From assembly GCA_963678065.2 (NCBI GenBank), contig CAXXVZ010000004.1, positions 512,001 through 576,000 of the forward strand: 64,000 bases of DNA, read 5' to 3'. This DNA comes from Treponemataceae bacterium. Lineage in GTDB: Bacteria > Spirochaetota > Spirochaetia > Treponematales > Rectinemataceae. Position 1 is the stretch's first letter; each line of letters opens with the position of its first letter. Under the pieces are notes generated by a model that was given only the letters and a program-made list of their open reading frames with translations, was not told the DNA's origin and ran no database searches. This document shows, piece after piece, positions 45,473 to 55,219 of the stretch. A program made the translations under genes and the position numbers.

Positions 45473-47004
45473 CTGGCACCAACATCACCGCTGTCATCGA
45501 GATCGGCTCCACGGGGATCCGTCTCGTCATCGCCAGAATCGGCGGCACCCAGGATGTCGAGATCCTCGACCGGGCCGGAAAGCCGAGCAGGATAGGACGC
45601 GATGTCTTCACCCTCGGCCACATCACGCGGGAGGCGATGCGCGAGAGCATCGCGGTCCTCTCCGCCTTCAGGGAATTCCTCTCGGGCTACAAAATCCGCC
45701 CCGAGGAGGCGCGGGTCTTCGCGACGAGCGCCCTGCGGGAGGCCACCAACAGGGACACCTTCGTCGACAGGGTTTCGCTCCAGACAGGCTTCCGCATCAC
45801 GGTCGTCGAGGACATCGAGGAGAATCACCTCATGTACCTTGCCGTCCAGCACGCTCTCCAGGACGAACGGAAACGCCTCGCGCGCTCCAACGCCATGATC
45901 CTGGAAGTGGGCGGGGGCTCCACGGAAATCATGCTCTTGAGGAGAGGGAGGATGGTCGCCTCGCACTCCCTCCACATCGGAACCGTGAGGGTCAGCGAGC
46001 ATATCAAGGCGGCAGGCTCTTCTTCCGCCTACCTTCGCCAGTTTCTCGAGGACAATGTCCGGACAGTCTGCGACAGTCTCGAGGAAGACATACCTCTGGA
46101 CTCCATCAGAACCTTCATCGTCATCGGTTCGGACGCGAGGCTCGCCGCATCCCGGCTGGAAGGCGAAAAGACGGAGCACTACTCCGTCATACCCCGGGAA
46201 TCCTTCTCCTCCTTCGTCGAATCGACGGGACAGCTGTCCATCGAAGAATGCGTCGCCGATTTCCGCATTTCCTGGTCCGATGCGGAAGGTCTCGTCTCGG
46301 GCCTCGCCATCGAGAAACACTTTCTCGACAGGACAGGAGCGGATTTCGTCATCATCCCGGACGTGTCCATCCGCGAGGGCCTCCTCCTGGCCATTCTCAA
46401 GGGTCCCGACAACGAACTTGCGGCCGAAATGCACAGGCAGATCCTCGCGAGCACCGCGGCCCTCGGGCGGAAATTTCACTTCGACGAAAAACACGCGAAA
46501 ACCGTGACAGGCTATGCCCTGGCCATCTTCGACGCGCTGCTCCGGGACTACGGGCTCGACCGCAAGGCGAGACTCCTCCTCGAAGCCTCGTCGATGCTGC
46601 ACGACATCGGCACGATAATACGCTCCTCGGGGCACCACAAGCACGGCGAATACATCATCGCCAACTCGGAGATATTCGGCCTCAACAAGAACGACCTCAC
46701 TATCATCTCCAACGTCGTCCGCTACCACCGCAAGATGCCCCCCGCGCCGACCCATCTCAATTTCATAGCCCTGCCGCGGGAGGACAGGATACTCGTGACC
46801 AAGCTCGCAGCCATTCTCCGCGTCGCCGACGCCCTTGACCGCGGCCACGACGGGAAGGTCGGCAAGCTCACCTTCGAGAAGGTCGAGGATCGCTTCATCA
46901 TGCGGGCTGGAAACCGTCTGGATTTTTCGCTGGAACGACTCTCGATGACGGAGAAGAGCGACATGTTCAGCGAAGTCTTCGGGCTGGAGCCCGTACTCGC
47001 ATGA
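45469..47004 (+). CDS. ppx: Ppx/GppA exopolyphosphatase with C-terminal HD domain
   Basis: EIGS, ATSALREA, GGGSTE, REG, LHDIG, RYHR, LRVADALD. ATGA overlap with the ROK gene. Confidence 0.88.
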   Translation: MTGTNITAVIEIGSTGIRLVIARIGGTQDVEILDRAGKPSRIGRDVFTLGHITREAMRESIAVLSAFREFLSGYKIRPEEARVFATSALREATNRDTFVDRVSLQTGFRITVVEDIEENHLMYLAVQHALQDERKRLARSNAMILEVGGGSTEIMLLRRGRMVASHSLHIGTVRVSEHIKAAGSSSAYLRQFLEDNVRTVCDSLEEDIPLDSIRTFIVIGSDARLAASRLEGEKTEHYSVIPRESFSSFVESTGQLSIEECVADFRISWSDAEGLVSGLAIEKHFLDRTGADFVIIPDVSIREGLLLAILKGPDNELAAEMHRQILASTAALGRKFHFDEKHAKTVTGYALAIFDALLRDYGLDRKARLLLEASSMLHDIGTIIRSSGHHKHGEYIIANSEIFGLNKNDLTIISNVVRYHRKMPPAPTHLNFIALPREDRILVTKLAAILRVADALDRGHDGKVGKLTFEKVEDRFIMRAGNRLDFSLERLSMTEKSDMFSEVFGLEPVLA

Positions 47005-47041
47005 AAAAAACCGCAAAAAGGCGACAACGGGGGAGTCCTGA

Positions 47042-49144
47042 ATGAGCGGCGCACACTATTTCAACCGCGAGCTTTCCTGGCTCGAGTTCAACGCGCGGGT
47101 CCTGGATCAGGCCATGAACGCCTCCACTCCCCTTCTGGAACGGCTCAAATTCCTCGGAATAGTCGCGTCAAATTTCGACGAGTTTTTCATGGTGAGGGTC
47201 GCCGCGATCAAATCCGCCATCCGCTGTGGCGACGCCAATCCCGACCCCTCGGGGATCCCGCCCTCCGCCCTCTTGCAGACCATAACGAGACGGGTCCGGG
47301 GAATAATCGAGGCGCAGTACGACTGTCTGATGAAGGACCTTCTGCCTGAACTGGCGCATGCCGGTCTCGCCCTCGCGCGACTCAAGGAGTGGAGTCCGGC
47401 GGAGCACAGGTGGATAGAGAATTACTTCGATCAGCGGGTATTTCCCCTCCTCACCCCTTTGCGGATCGAGGACGGAGACTTCCCCTCTACCGGGAACCTC
47501 AGGATCCACGTAGCCTTCGTCATGACCGACGAATCCGGCGAGGAAAAGTTCGCCATGGTTCAGGTACCCTCCGTTCTCGAACGCTTCGTACGGCTTGAAT
47601 CGGAGAATGCCGCGGGACAGGCACGCTATGCCCTCCTCGAGGACATGATCGAGGTCATGGGCCACCGACTCTTCCCTGGCAGCGATCTCGCGGGAACCGC
47701 GGTTTTCAAGGTCACGCGGGACGCCGATTCGCCGGTGGACGAAGAGCGCGACGAGGATTTCCTCACAGCTCTGGAAGACGTGCTCGCGGGAAGACAGAAT
47801 TCCCTGCCCGTGCGGCTTTCGATTTCCAGCCGGTCGGACTATCTGGCCGAAAGGCTCAGGATCGGGCTCGAGCTGGAGCCGGATGATGTCTACCGCCTGC
47901 CCGGCCCCGTCGACCTGCGAGGATTCATGGAATGGGCGGGTCAGGAAGGGCTCATGCCGGAAGCCGACAGGCTGCGCGACAAACCCTGGACACCTGTCAA
48001 GATGCCCGAACCGGAGGACACGGCCGCGATGTGGGAATCGATCCGCGCGCGCGACAGGCTCATCCACGTTCCCTATGAGTCCTTCGACCCCGTCATCCGC
48101 TTCGTCGATGCGGCGGCCGACGACCCGGAGGTCCTGGCCATCAAGATGACGCTCTACCGCACTTCGGGGGATTCGCCCATCATCAGGGCGCTGACGAGGG
48201 CTGCGCGCAACAGGAAGCAAGTCTGTGTCGTCGTCGAACTGAAAGCCCGCTTCGACGAGGAGAGGAACATCTCCTGGGCGAACAAACTCGAACAGGCAGG
48301 CGCCATAGTCGTGTATGGAATCGCGAGGCTCAAGGTGCACGCCAAGGCCGCCCTCGTGCTGCGCCGGGAGCGCGACGGGGGAATCGGGCGCTACCTCCAC
48401 CTGTCGACGGGGAACTACAACGACAGGACGGCCAGGCTCTATTCCGACCTTTCGATCATGACGGCCAACGCCGAGCTCTGCACGGAAGCTTCGCTCTTCT
48501 TCAACGCGATCACGGGCTACTCGAGCGTCCAGCGGCTGAAATCCCTCGCTGTCGCCCCCTTCGACCTGAAAGAGAGGCTGTTCTTCCTCATAGACAGGGA
48601 AATCCAGCGCTCGAGTCCGGAATCGCCCGGCCTCATCATGGCGAAGCTGAACGCCCTCGCCGATACGGAAATAATCGACGCCCTCTATCGGGCCGCGAAG
48701 GCCGGAGTCCACATACGGCTCAACATCCGGGGCGTCTGCACCCTCATCCCGGGCGTGAAGGGACTATCCGAGAATATAAGCGTGGTCAGTGTGCTCGGAC
48801 GCTATCTGGAACACGCGCGCATCCTCTATTTCCAGAACGGTGGCGCGGGCGAACTGTATCTGTCCAGCGCGGACTGGCTGCCGCGCAACCTCGAACGCCG
48901 CGTCGAACTCCTGTTCCCGGTTCTGGACGAGTCGATACGCAGGAGGGTCTTCGGCATCCTCGAATCCTATTTCCTGGACACCGTGCAGTCCTACCGGCTC
49001 TCCTCCTCGGGCAAGTGGCAGAGGATACATCCGCCGAAGGGAAGCGAGGCCTTCCAGGCCCAGGCCGCGCTCTACGAGCGAGTGAAGCGCATGCGGGATC
49101 TGGCCGAGGCGCCGCCCGAGGAACTTGTCGTCAGGAGACGTTAG
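47042..49144 (+). CDS. ppk1: Polyphosphate kinase 1
   Basis: NRELSWLEFN.RVL, DEFFMVRVA, H.PYESF, IKMTLYR, ELKARFDE, KVHAK, TGNYN, R.LEH.R, SADW..RNL.RRVE. Confidence 0.96.
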   Translation: MSGAHYFNRELSWLEFNARVLDQAMNASTPLLERLKFLGIVASNFDEFFMVRVAAIKSAIRCGDANPDPSGIPPSALLQTITRRVRGIIEAQYDCLMKDLLPELAHAGLALARLKEWSPAEHRWIENYFDQRVFPLLTPLRIEDGDFPSTGNLRIHVAFVMTDESGEEKFAMVQVPSVLERFVRLESENAAGQARYALLEDMIEVMGHRLFPGSDLAGTAVFKVTRDADSPVDEERDEDFLTALEDVLAGRQNSLPVRLSISSRSDYLAERLRIGLELEPDDVYRLPGPVDLRGFMEWAGQEGLMPEADRLRDKPWTPVKMPEPEDTAAMWESIRARDRLIHVPYESFDPVIRFVDAAADDPEVLAIKMTLYRTSGDSPIIRALTRAARNRKQVCVVVELKARFDEERNISWANKLEQAGAIVVYGIARLKVHAKAALVLRRERDGGIGRYLHLSTGNYNDRTARLYSDLSIMTANAELCTEASLFFNAITGYSSVQRLKSLAVAPFDLKERLFFLIDREIQRSSPESPGLIMAKLNALADTEIIDALYRAAKAGVHIRLNIRGVCTLIPGVKGLSENISVVSVLGRYLEHARILYFQNGGAGELYLSSADWLPRNLERRVELLFPVLDESIRRRVFGILESYFLDTVQSYRLSSSGKWQRIHPPKGSEAFQAQAALYERVKRMRDLAEAPPEELVVRRR

Positions 49145-50493
49145 GCTCCCGTGACGCCCGGATGCACACCGAATATCTCGCCGAGCAGGGTCTTCTGGAT
49201 CAGCTCTTCCCAGACGAACCAGGACGAATAGCTGCCGCGATTGACCATCGGGTCGGCGGCGGTCCCGCTTATCGAATACACGAATCCCCGTCCCGATTCC
49301 GGGTCGAACAGCGCGGCGCCGAGGTAGCCGTAGGCGTCGCCGTGGTGCCCCCACATGCGGACTCCACCTTCGGGGACGAGGCGGTCGCATCCGGACCCGT
49401 CCTGGCTGTCAGTCGTGCAGAAGAGGGCGAGCCCCGATTCGCGGGTCATCCCGTAATAGGATTCGCCGTTTTTCAACTCGGGGTCGTACTTCCAGCGCGT
49501 CGTCATCATGTCGCGCACCGAGCTCTCTGCGAGAACTCTTGCACTGCCACAGCGCCCGCCTTCCATGAAGACGCGCATCAGCTTCGAATAGTCCGCTGGG
49601 GAGATCCGGAGGCCCCCCTGGGGGGAGAACATAGTCCCGTTGCTGCCGATTTCGTAGGTCGAGAGCTCGGGAATCTGCCCTTCCGGACCTGGATTGTACC
49701 GCAGGGCGAGCTTTGGCCTCTTCCCGCGGTAATCGTCGACCTGGGGGAGCCAGGGGCCCGCGGGGTCCCAGGGACCTTCCGAGCCGGGCGCCTTGCGGTA
49801 GAGGGCGCCGATCTCGGCGAATGCCGCGTCGTCGAGGAGGTTGACGTTGTAGGATGCCACGACTCCGAGAGGATCGAGGACGCGGGACTGCATGTAGAGA
49901 TCGAAGCGTTCTCCCGTGACCATCTCCATGATGGTCGCGAGTACGCCGAAATTGAGGTTACAGTATTCGAAATACCTGCCGGGAGCGGTATCGCTCTCCG
50001 GAACGGGCGGCGCGAAGTGGCGGCCATCGGCGTAGAGGGGACTGCCCGGGGTGAACATTTCCTCGAGCCTGCCACCGAAGGGAACTGTGTAGTTCTCGTC
50101 GTCGCGCAGGGATGATGTGTGGGACAGGAGCATCGCCGCCGTGATTGGCAGCTCAGGGTGCTGCGGATGGCGCAGGCGGAACCCCAGGTAGTCCGACACA
50201 TCCCGGCCGAGATCGAGGAGCCCCTCTTCGACGAGCAACATGGCGCCGATGCAGGTGATGGGCTTAGACATGGAGGCGACGCGGAATTTGGTATCCCGGG
50301 TCACCGGAAGGTCGCAGGAAGGATCGGCCGGATCGATGCAGCGGCGCCCGAAGTATCCTTCGTACACAGTCTTTCCCGCCTCGACGGCGACCACGGCGAG
50401 CCCGGCCAGGGCCGGAAGCCTGGATCCTCCGACTTGATCCTCTGTCAGAGCCTCGAACAGGGAATCGACGCGCACTTCCGCTTCGGATTTCAT
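49141..50493 (-). CDS. Serine hydrolase, beta-lactamase (class C-like) family
   Basis: FRVASMSK (SxxK), LLSHTS, FEYCN (YxN), GHHG. No signal peptide. Confidence 0.85.
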   Translation of the reverse strand: MKSEAEVRVDSLFEALTEDQVGGSRLPALAGLAVVAVEAGKTVYEGYFGRRCIDPADPSCDLPVTRDTKFRVASMSKPITCIGAMLLVEEGLLDLGRDVSDYLGFRLRHPQHPELPITAAMLLSHTSSLRDDENYTVPFGGRLEEMFTPGSPLYADGRHFAPPVPESDTAPGRYFEYCNLNFGVLATIMEMVTGERFDLYMQSRVLDPLGVVASYNVNLLDDAAFAEIGALYRKAPGSEGPWDPAGPWLPQVDDYRGKRPKLALRYNPGPEGQIPELSTYEIGSNGTMFSPQGGLRISPADYSKLMRVFMEGGRCGSARVLAESSVRDMMTTRWKYDPELKNGESYYGMTRESGLALFCTTDSQDGSGCDRLVPEGGVRMWGHHGDAYGYLGAALFDPESGRGFVYSISGTAADPMVNRGSYSSWFVWEELIQKTLLGEIFGVHPGVTGA

Positions 50494-50600
50494 GGTTCAC
50501 TCCTTGCGGCCGTCATGATGGCCTTACGAGGCTTCGATTGACAAGGTTCCGGGGCTCTCCCTACAATAATTTTCGTGCAAATTGAAGATCTTCGGGGAGG

Positions 50601-51119
50601 GTGATTGTGCCGGGCTTTCTCTACGGAACGATTCTCTCTCTCGCCACGGCGGGTTTTTCCTGGATCCTCACCCGCCTCGTCTTCGGCAATCTGTACTTTT
50701 TCGGCCGACTTCTGCCTGTCTTCATGGCCTTTTATCTTCTTGTCGCCTGGCTCATCCATCTCCGCAAAGACAATTTCATGGGAAGCGGCAGGAAGGCCGT
50801 CCAAAAATCCAAGGAAGAAAAAATTCCGCCCGCACCCGCCGAAGGAAGAAGCAACAACCCGCTTTCTCCGGGTTTCTTCGCCGATTTCTCCGAGGCTGTC
50901 CTGCCCCGGGGCCAGGCGGCCCGGACTGTCCAGGTCACGGACAAAACCGGGGGCCGGAGGCAGGGGGGCAGGAGAAACGGCAAATCCCTGTCCCTGCTCC
51001 GCGGTCTTCCCGCCGCCGACCACGGGCTTGCGCTCGTCTGGGCAGCCCTCTGGCTGGCCGCTATTTCCATATTCTTCTATTTTTCCTTCGGCGTCGGCGC
51101 GAAGTATTTCGTCCCATGA
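50601..51119 (+). CDS. Hypothetical membrane protein
   Basis: Three hydrophobic segments; upstream TTGACA-18-TACAAT and GGGGAGG; fills the gap between known genes. Confidence 0.55.
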   Translation: MIVPGFLYGTILSLATAGFSWILTRLVFGNLYFFGRLLPVFMAFYLLVAWLIHLRKDNFMGSGRKAVQKSKEEKIPPAPAEGRSNNPLSPGFFADFSEAVLPRGQAARTVQVTDKTGGRRQGGRRNGKSLSLLRGLPAADHGLALVWAALWLAAISIFFYFSFGVGAKYFVP

Positions 51120-51161
51120 AGTTCGACCTCGCCTTCCGCGAACCGGAGGAGGGGACCTCCA

Positions 51162-52106
51162 TCAGAGGCGGTATTTGATCCGATAGCCCTGCGTCTCTTC
51201 TCCATTGGCCAGAACGAAGTGCCCCGGCAGGATTTCGGTCCAGGCCGGCTTGTCAGTCGAGTAATCGTGGCAGGAGGGATCGTATGCGCGTGAGCGCTTG
51301 CCTCTCTCGATCCTGGGATCCGGCACGGGAATGGCGGAGAGCAAAGCCTTCGTGTATGGATGCATCGGGCGCGAAAACAGCTCCTCGGTTTCCGCGAGCT
51401 CGACAATCTCGCCCTTGTTGATGACGGCGATCCTGTCCGTGATGAAGCGCACCACCGAGAGGTCATGGGCTATGAACATGTAGGTGAATCCCTTCGTCCT
51501 CTGCAGCTCGGAGAGCAGGTTGAGCACTTGGGCGCGGATCGACACGTCGAGGGCGGAGATCGGCTCGTCGGCGATCACGAACTCGGGCGACATGATGAGG
51601 GCGCGCGCGATGCCGATGCGTTGGCGCTGTCCGCCCGAGAACTCGTGGGGGAAGCGGCTCGCGAACTCGGGCAGGAGGCCGACTTCCAGGAGGGCTTTCT
51701 CGACCTTCGCCTTCCTGTCGGCCTCGTCGCTGAATCCCCCGATGTTGTACAGACCCTCGGAGACTATGTAGTCGACCTTAGCCCGCTCGTTGAGCGAGGC
51801 CATGGGATCCTGGAAGATCATCTGAATCTTCTGGACGACTTCGCGGTCGAGCTCCTTGTCGATCAGGCCGTTGATCTGCCGGCCCTTGAATTTTATCGTG
51901 CCGCCCGTCGCCTCGTTGATGCGGATGATCGTGCGGCCGATTGTCGTCTTTCCTGAACCGGATTCCCCCACGAGGCCGAAGGTCTCGCCCTTGTATATAT
52001 CGAAGCTGACGCCCTTGACGGCGTTGAAGACTCCGCCCTTGACCTTGAAATCGACCTTGAGGTCGCGGACTTCCAGGAAGACTTCCCGCTTTCCTTCCAC
52101 ATTCAT
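51162..52106 (-). CDS. oppF: Oligopeptide ABC ATP-binding protein
   Basis: [44 protein letters not shown] overlap with oppD. Confidence 0.93.
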   Translation of the reverse strand: MNVEGKREVFLEVRDLKVDFKVKGGVFNAVKGVSFDIYKGETFGLVGESGSGKTTIGRTIIRINEATGGTIKFKGRQINGLIDKELDREVVQKIQMIFQDPMASLNERAKVDYIVSEGLYNIGGFSDEADRKAKVEKALLEVGLLPEFASRFPHEFSGGQRQRIGIARALIMSPEFVIADEPISALDVSIRAQVLNLLSELQRTKGFTYMFIAHDLSVVRFITDRIAVINKGEIVELAETEELFSRPMHPYTKALLSAIPVPDPRIERGKRSRAYDPSCHDYSTDKPAWTEILPGHFVLANGEETQGYRIKYRL

Positions 52107-53197
52107 GCGGCGCCTCCAAGGTATTTTGCGCGCATCGCCAGGATAGCCTGTGGCGGCTCGACGGCGGGTGCCCTCGGATCGAGAAGCCATGTGGAGGCGG
52201 TGTGCGTGGGCGAAACCCTGAATTCCGGCGGTTCCTCGACAAAATCGATCTTGAGCGCGCGCGGATTGCGCGGGGCAAACGCGTCGCCTTGTACATCATT
52301 GAACAGGTTGGGCGGCGTCCCCTTGATCGAGTACAGGGGCTGCCCCTTGATTCCGAGCTGGGGGAGAGATGAGAGCAGAGCCCACGTGTAGGGATGGCGC
52401 GCGTCGTAAAAGACTTCCTCCGCGCTGCCGCACTCGACGATCTTTCCCGCGTACATGACGGCGACGCGGTCGGCCACGTTGGCCACGACGCCGAGGTCGT
52501 GGGTGATATAGATCGTCGTAAAGCCGAAGTCGTGCTGGAGCGAGCGTATGAGATCGAGTATCTGGGCCTGAATGGTCACGTCGAGCGCCGTCGTCGGCTC
52601 GTCGCAGATGAGGATTTTCGGCTTGCACGCCATGGCGATCGCGATGACGACGCGCTGGCGCATGCCTCCCGAGAACTCGTGCGGATACTGCCTGCAGCGT
52701 GTCTCGGGCTCCGGAATCCCGACTCGCCTCAGGATTTCCACTACCTCCTTCTCGACGGCCTCGCCCTCGAGCCCCTGATGCATCTCGATCACTTCGCCGA
52801 TCTGCTTCCCGATGCTGCGAAGCGGATTGAGGGCTGTCATGGGATCCTGGAAGACCATGGAGATTTTCTTGCCCCGGATTGTCATCCACTCTTTTTCGGT
52901 CTTGAACTTCGCGAGATCCGCGCCCTCGAAGAGGATGGAGCCGGACTCGACCCAGCCGTTCTGGTCCAGCATGCCGATGAAGGACTTGGTGAAGACCGAT
53001 TTGCCCGAACCGGACTCTCCCACGATGGCCAGGGTCTCGCCCTCGTACAAATCGAGCGAGGCGCCCCGGATGGCCTTGAGGATTCGGCCGCGCAGACTGA
53101 ACCTGATCGAGAGATCCCGCACGGAGAGGATAACCTTCCTGCTCTCCGCGTCCACGGCGGCCGCGCAGGCCCCAAGGCCTGTCTTTGTTTCTGCCAT
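52103..53197 (-). CDS. oppD: Oligopeptide ABC ATP-binding protein
   Basis: [37 protein letters not shown]. True start ATG 53197. Confidence 0.93.
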   Translation of the reverse strand: MAETKTGLGACAAAVDAESRKVILSVRDLSIRFSLRGRILKAIRGASLDLYEGETLAIVGESGSGKSVFTKSFIGMLDQNGWVESGSILFEGADLAKFKTEKEWMTIRGKKISMVFQDPMTALNPLRSIGKQIGEVIEMHQGLEGEAVEKEVVEILRRVGIPEPETRCRQYPHEFSGGMRQRVVIAIAMACKPKILICDEPTTALDVTIQAQILDLIRSLQHDFGFTTIYITHDLGVVANVADRVAVMYAGKIVECGSAEEVFYDARHPYTWALLSSLPQLGIKGQPLYSIKGTPPNLFNDVQGDAFAPRNPRALKIDFVEEPPEFRVSPTHTASTWLLDPRAPAVEPPQAILAMRAKYLGGAA

Positions 53198-53211
53198 GTC
53201 GGTGAACCCTC

Positions 53212-54141
53212 CTACACGTGGTTGCGCGGATCGGACGCGTCGGAGAAGGCATTGCCGAGCACATAGAACGAAATCGTGATGATGGACAGCACGATGGTCG
53301 GGAAAATCAGCTGATAGCGCAGCTCCGGCGACATCATGATGAGGCGCCCCTCGTTCACGAGATTGCCAAGGGAAGGGATGCTCACCGGGAGGCCGAGGCC
53401 GATGTAGGTCAGGAAGACCTCCCAGCCGATGGTCCCGGGGATGGACAGGGCAGTCTGCAGCATGATGACGGAGACGAGATAGGGAAGGAGATTCTTGAAG
53501 ATGATCCGCCGTGTCGGGGTTCCGAGGCAGCGCGAGGCCAGGTTGTACTCTCTGTCCCTGATGATGACGATCTGGTTGCGCACGAAGCGGGCAAGACCCA
53601 GCCAGCCGGTCGCGCACATGGCGATGACCATGGTCCTGAAACCGGGCTTCAGGATGTAGGCCATGAGAAGGAGTATGATCGTCGTCGGTATGTTGTTGAG
53701 GACGTTGTAGACTTCGGTGATGACGCGGTCCAGCTTGCGGACATAGCCCCAGATGGCTCCGAATATGATGCCGATGACCATCTCGAAGACGCCGACGATG
53801 AGGCCGATGAGGAGGCTGGTCCGCGTTCCGCTCCATATCCGCGACCAGAGATCCTGTCCGATGGAGTTGGTCCCGAACCAGAACTCCGCATTGGGTGTCT
53901 GGTTGCGCAGCTGCGTCCCGGTTGCGGGATCGAGGTATATCTTTGTCGGGAGTTTCTGTCCCGGCATGAAGGGCTGGAGGAAGGTAAAGATGAGCAGGAC
54001 GCTCAACACCACGAGGAGGACAAGGGCTACCCTGTTCTTGAGAAAGACGCGGAGGGTCGATCCCCAATAGGAGTAGTTGGAGTATCCCGTGCGCTCTCCA
54101 GCGGATTCGTCGAAGGAGGCGAATTCGAACATGTCATCCAT
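53212..54141 (-). CDS. oppC: Oligopeptide ABC permease
   Basis: YSYW, FGT...GQDLWSR...GTRTSL, REY.LASRCLG, SLG. Confidence 0.92.
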   Translation of the reverse strand: MDDMFEFASFDESAGERTGYSNYSYWGSTLRVFLKNRVALVLLVVLSVLLIFTFLQPFMPGQKLPTKIYLDPATGTQLRNQTPNAEFWFGTNSIGQDLWSRIWSGTRTSLLIGLIVGVFEMVIGIIFGAIWGYVRKLDRVITEVYNVLNNIPTTIILLLMAYILKPGFRTMVIAMCATGWLGLARFVRNQIVIIRDREYNLASRCLGTPTRRIIFKNLLPYLVSVIMLQTALSIPGTIGWEVFLTYIGLGLPVSIPSLGNLVNEGRLIMMSPELRYQLIFPTIVLSIITISFYVLGNAFSDASDPRNHV

Positions 54142-55085
54142 CAGCGTGCCCCCTCGCTCTTGACAAGTTTTATGCGCGGATCGAAGACCGCCATGAGGAC
54201 ATCCCCGAGAAAGAGTCCTATGATGCCGATCAAGGAGAATATGAGTACGAGGGCCTGGACCATGGGGTTGTCCTGTCTCTGTATCACGTCGACGAGGAGT
54301 CCGCCCATGCCGGGGATGGAGTACAGGGACTCGATGTAGATGGACCCGGAAATCGTGGACAGGATGGCCGCAGGCAGATACTGGGCCATCGGGACGAAGG
54401 CGTTGCGCATGACATGCTTCACCATGATGGAGGAGTCGGACATGCCCTTGGCGCGGGCGAGTTTGATGTAATCCCTGTTCAGTTCATCCACCATGTAGCG
54501 GCGCATCCACATGCCGTAGCCCGCGATGCCGCCGAGAGACATGGATATGGCGGGCAGGAACCAGCTCCCGACCTTGTACTTGTTGAAGAGGAGGGGAAGC
54601 CCGAAGAGATCGGAGCCGTAAAGCTGTATGAAGAGGAGGTAGACCGCGGAGGGAACGGCGTTGATGAAGACGATGTATGCCGTACCTGCCCTGTCCCTCA
54701 TTTTTCCCTTGTTGCGCGCCATCCCTATGCCCATCCCGAGTCCAAGGACCAGGGAAAGCAGAGTGGCGGTGATCCCGAAGGCCATCGAGTAGGGAATTCG
54801 GGGAGCGATGACTTCGGTTATCGGAACATCGCGCCGGTAGATGATCGAAGTTCCCAGGTCTCCACGCGCGAGGCGTCCATAGAATTTGCCTAGCTGGACG
54901 TACCAGGGATCGAGAAGCCCCATTTTGGCGAGGACGTTCTCGCGCTGGGCGGCATCGAGCTTGTCGAAGCCGTCCGCGAAGTAACCCTCCACAGGCAGGA
55001 GAAGCATGAGAAGAAAGACTGCCGTCACCACTATGAACAGCGTGACGAGAGACTGACTCAATCGTTTCAGAGAATACTTGAACAT
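54141..55085 (-). CDS. oppB: Oligopeptide ABC permease
   Basis: GDLGTS, DYIKLARAKG, KH.MRNA, GS..IES.Y.IPGMG. Confidence 0.92.
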   Translation of the reverse strand: MFKYSLKRLSQSLVTLFIVVTAVFLLMLLLPVEGYFADGFDKLDAAQRENVLAKMGLLDPWYVQLGKFYGRLARGDLGTSIIYRRDVPITEVIAPRIPYSMAFGITATLLSLVLGLGMGIGMARNKGKMRDRAGTAYIVFINAVPSAVYLLFIQLYGSDLFGLPLLFNKYKVGSWFLPAISMSLGGIAGYGMWMRRYMVDELNRDYIKLARAKGMSDSSIMVKHVMRNAFVPMAQYLPAAILSTISGSIYIESLYSIPGMGGLLVDVIQRQDNPMVQALVLIFSLIGIIGLFLGDVLMAVFDPRIKLVKSEGAR

Positions 55086-55219
55086 GGCTATTCTATCCCT
55101 CGGACCTGGCGGGATGCCGTCCGCACGGACGGTGGGTTGGATCTACACAGGAAAACCGGGACGCTCAGGCTGTATCGCCCGGGCGTCCCGGTTCGGGTTG
55201 GCAGAACGGGACCCGGACT

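Noticed and set aside
45037..47016. Long antisense ORFs (e.g. 659 aa here; also 6061-7416, 47168-48712, 14797-15981, 9123-10199, 1762-2667)
   Set aside because: They mirror well-supported genes on the other strand, show no motifs, and are expected from strong GC3 codon bias.
49141..49144. Overlapping stop codons of convergent ppk1 and hydrolase genes
   Set aside because: A common compact arrangement with no evidence of regulatory meaning.
49141..50493. Antibiotic-resistance beta-lactamase
   Set aside because: No signal peptide and a divergent third motif (GHHG); more likely a cytoplasmic esterase or peptidase of the same fold.
52103..54067. Apparent N-terminal extensions or fusions in the ORF track (654-aa OppD, 603-aa DctM, 587-aa permease, 584-aa ROK, 660-aa Ppx)
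   Set aside because: The extensions are Arg/Pro-rich off-frame readings of neighbouring genes; proper internal starts with RBS or ATGA coupling exist.
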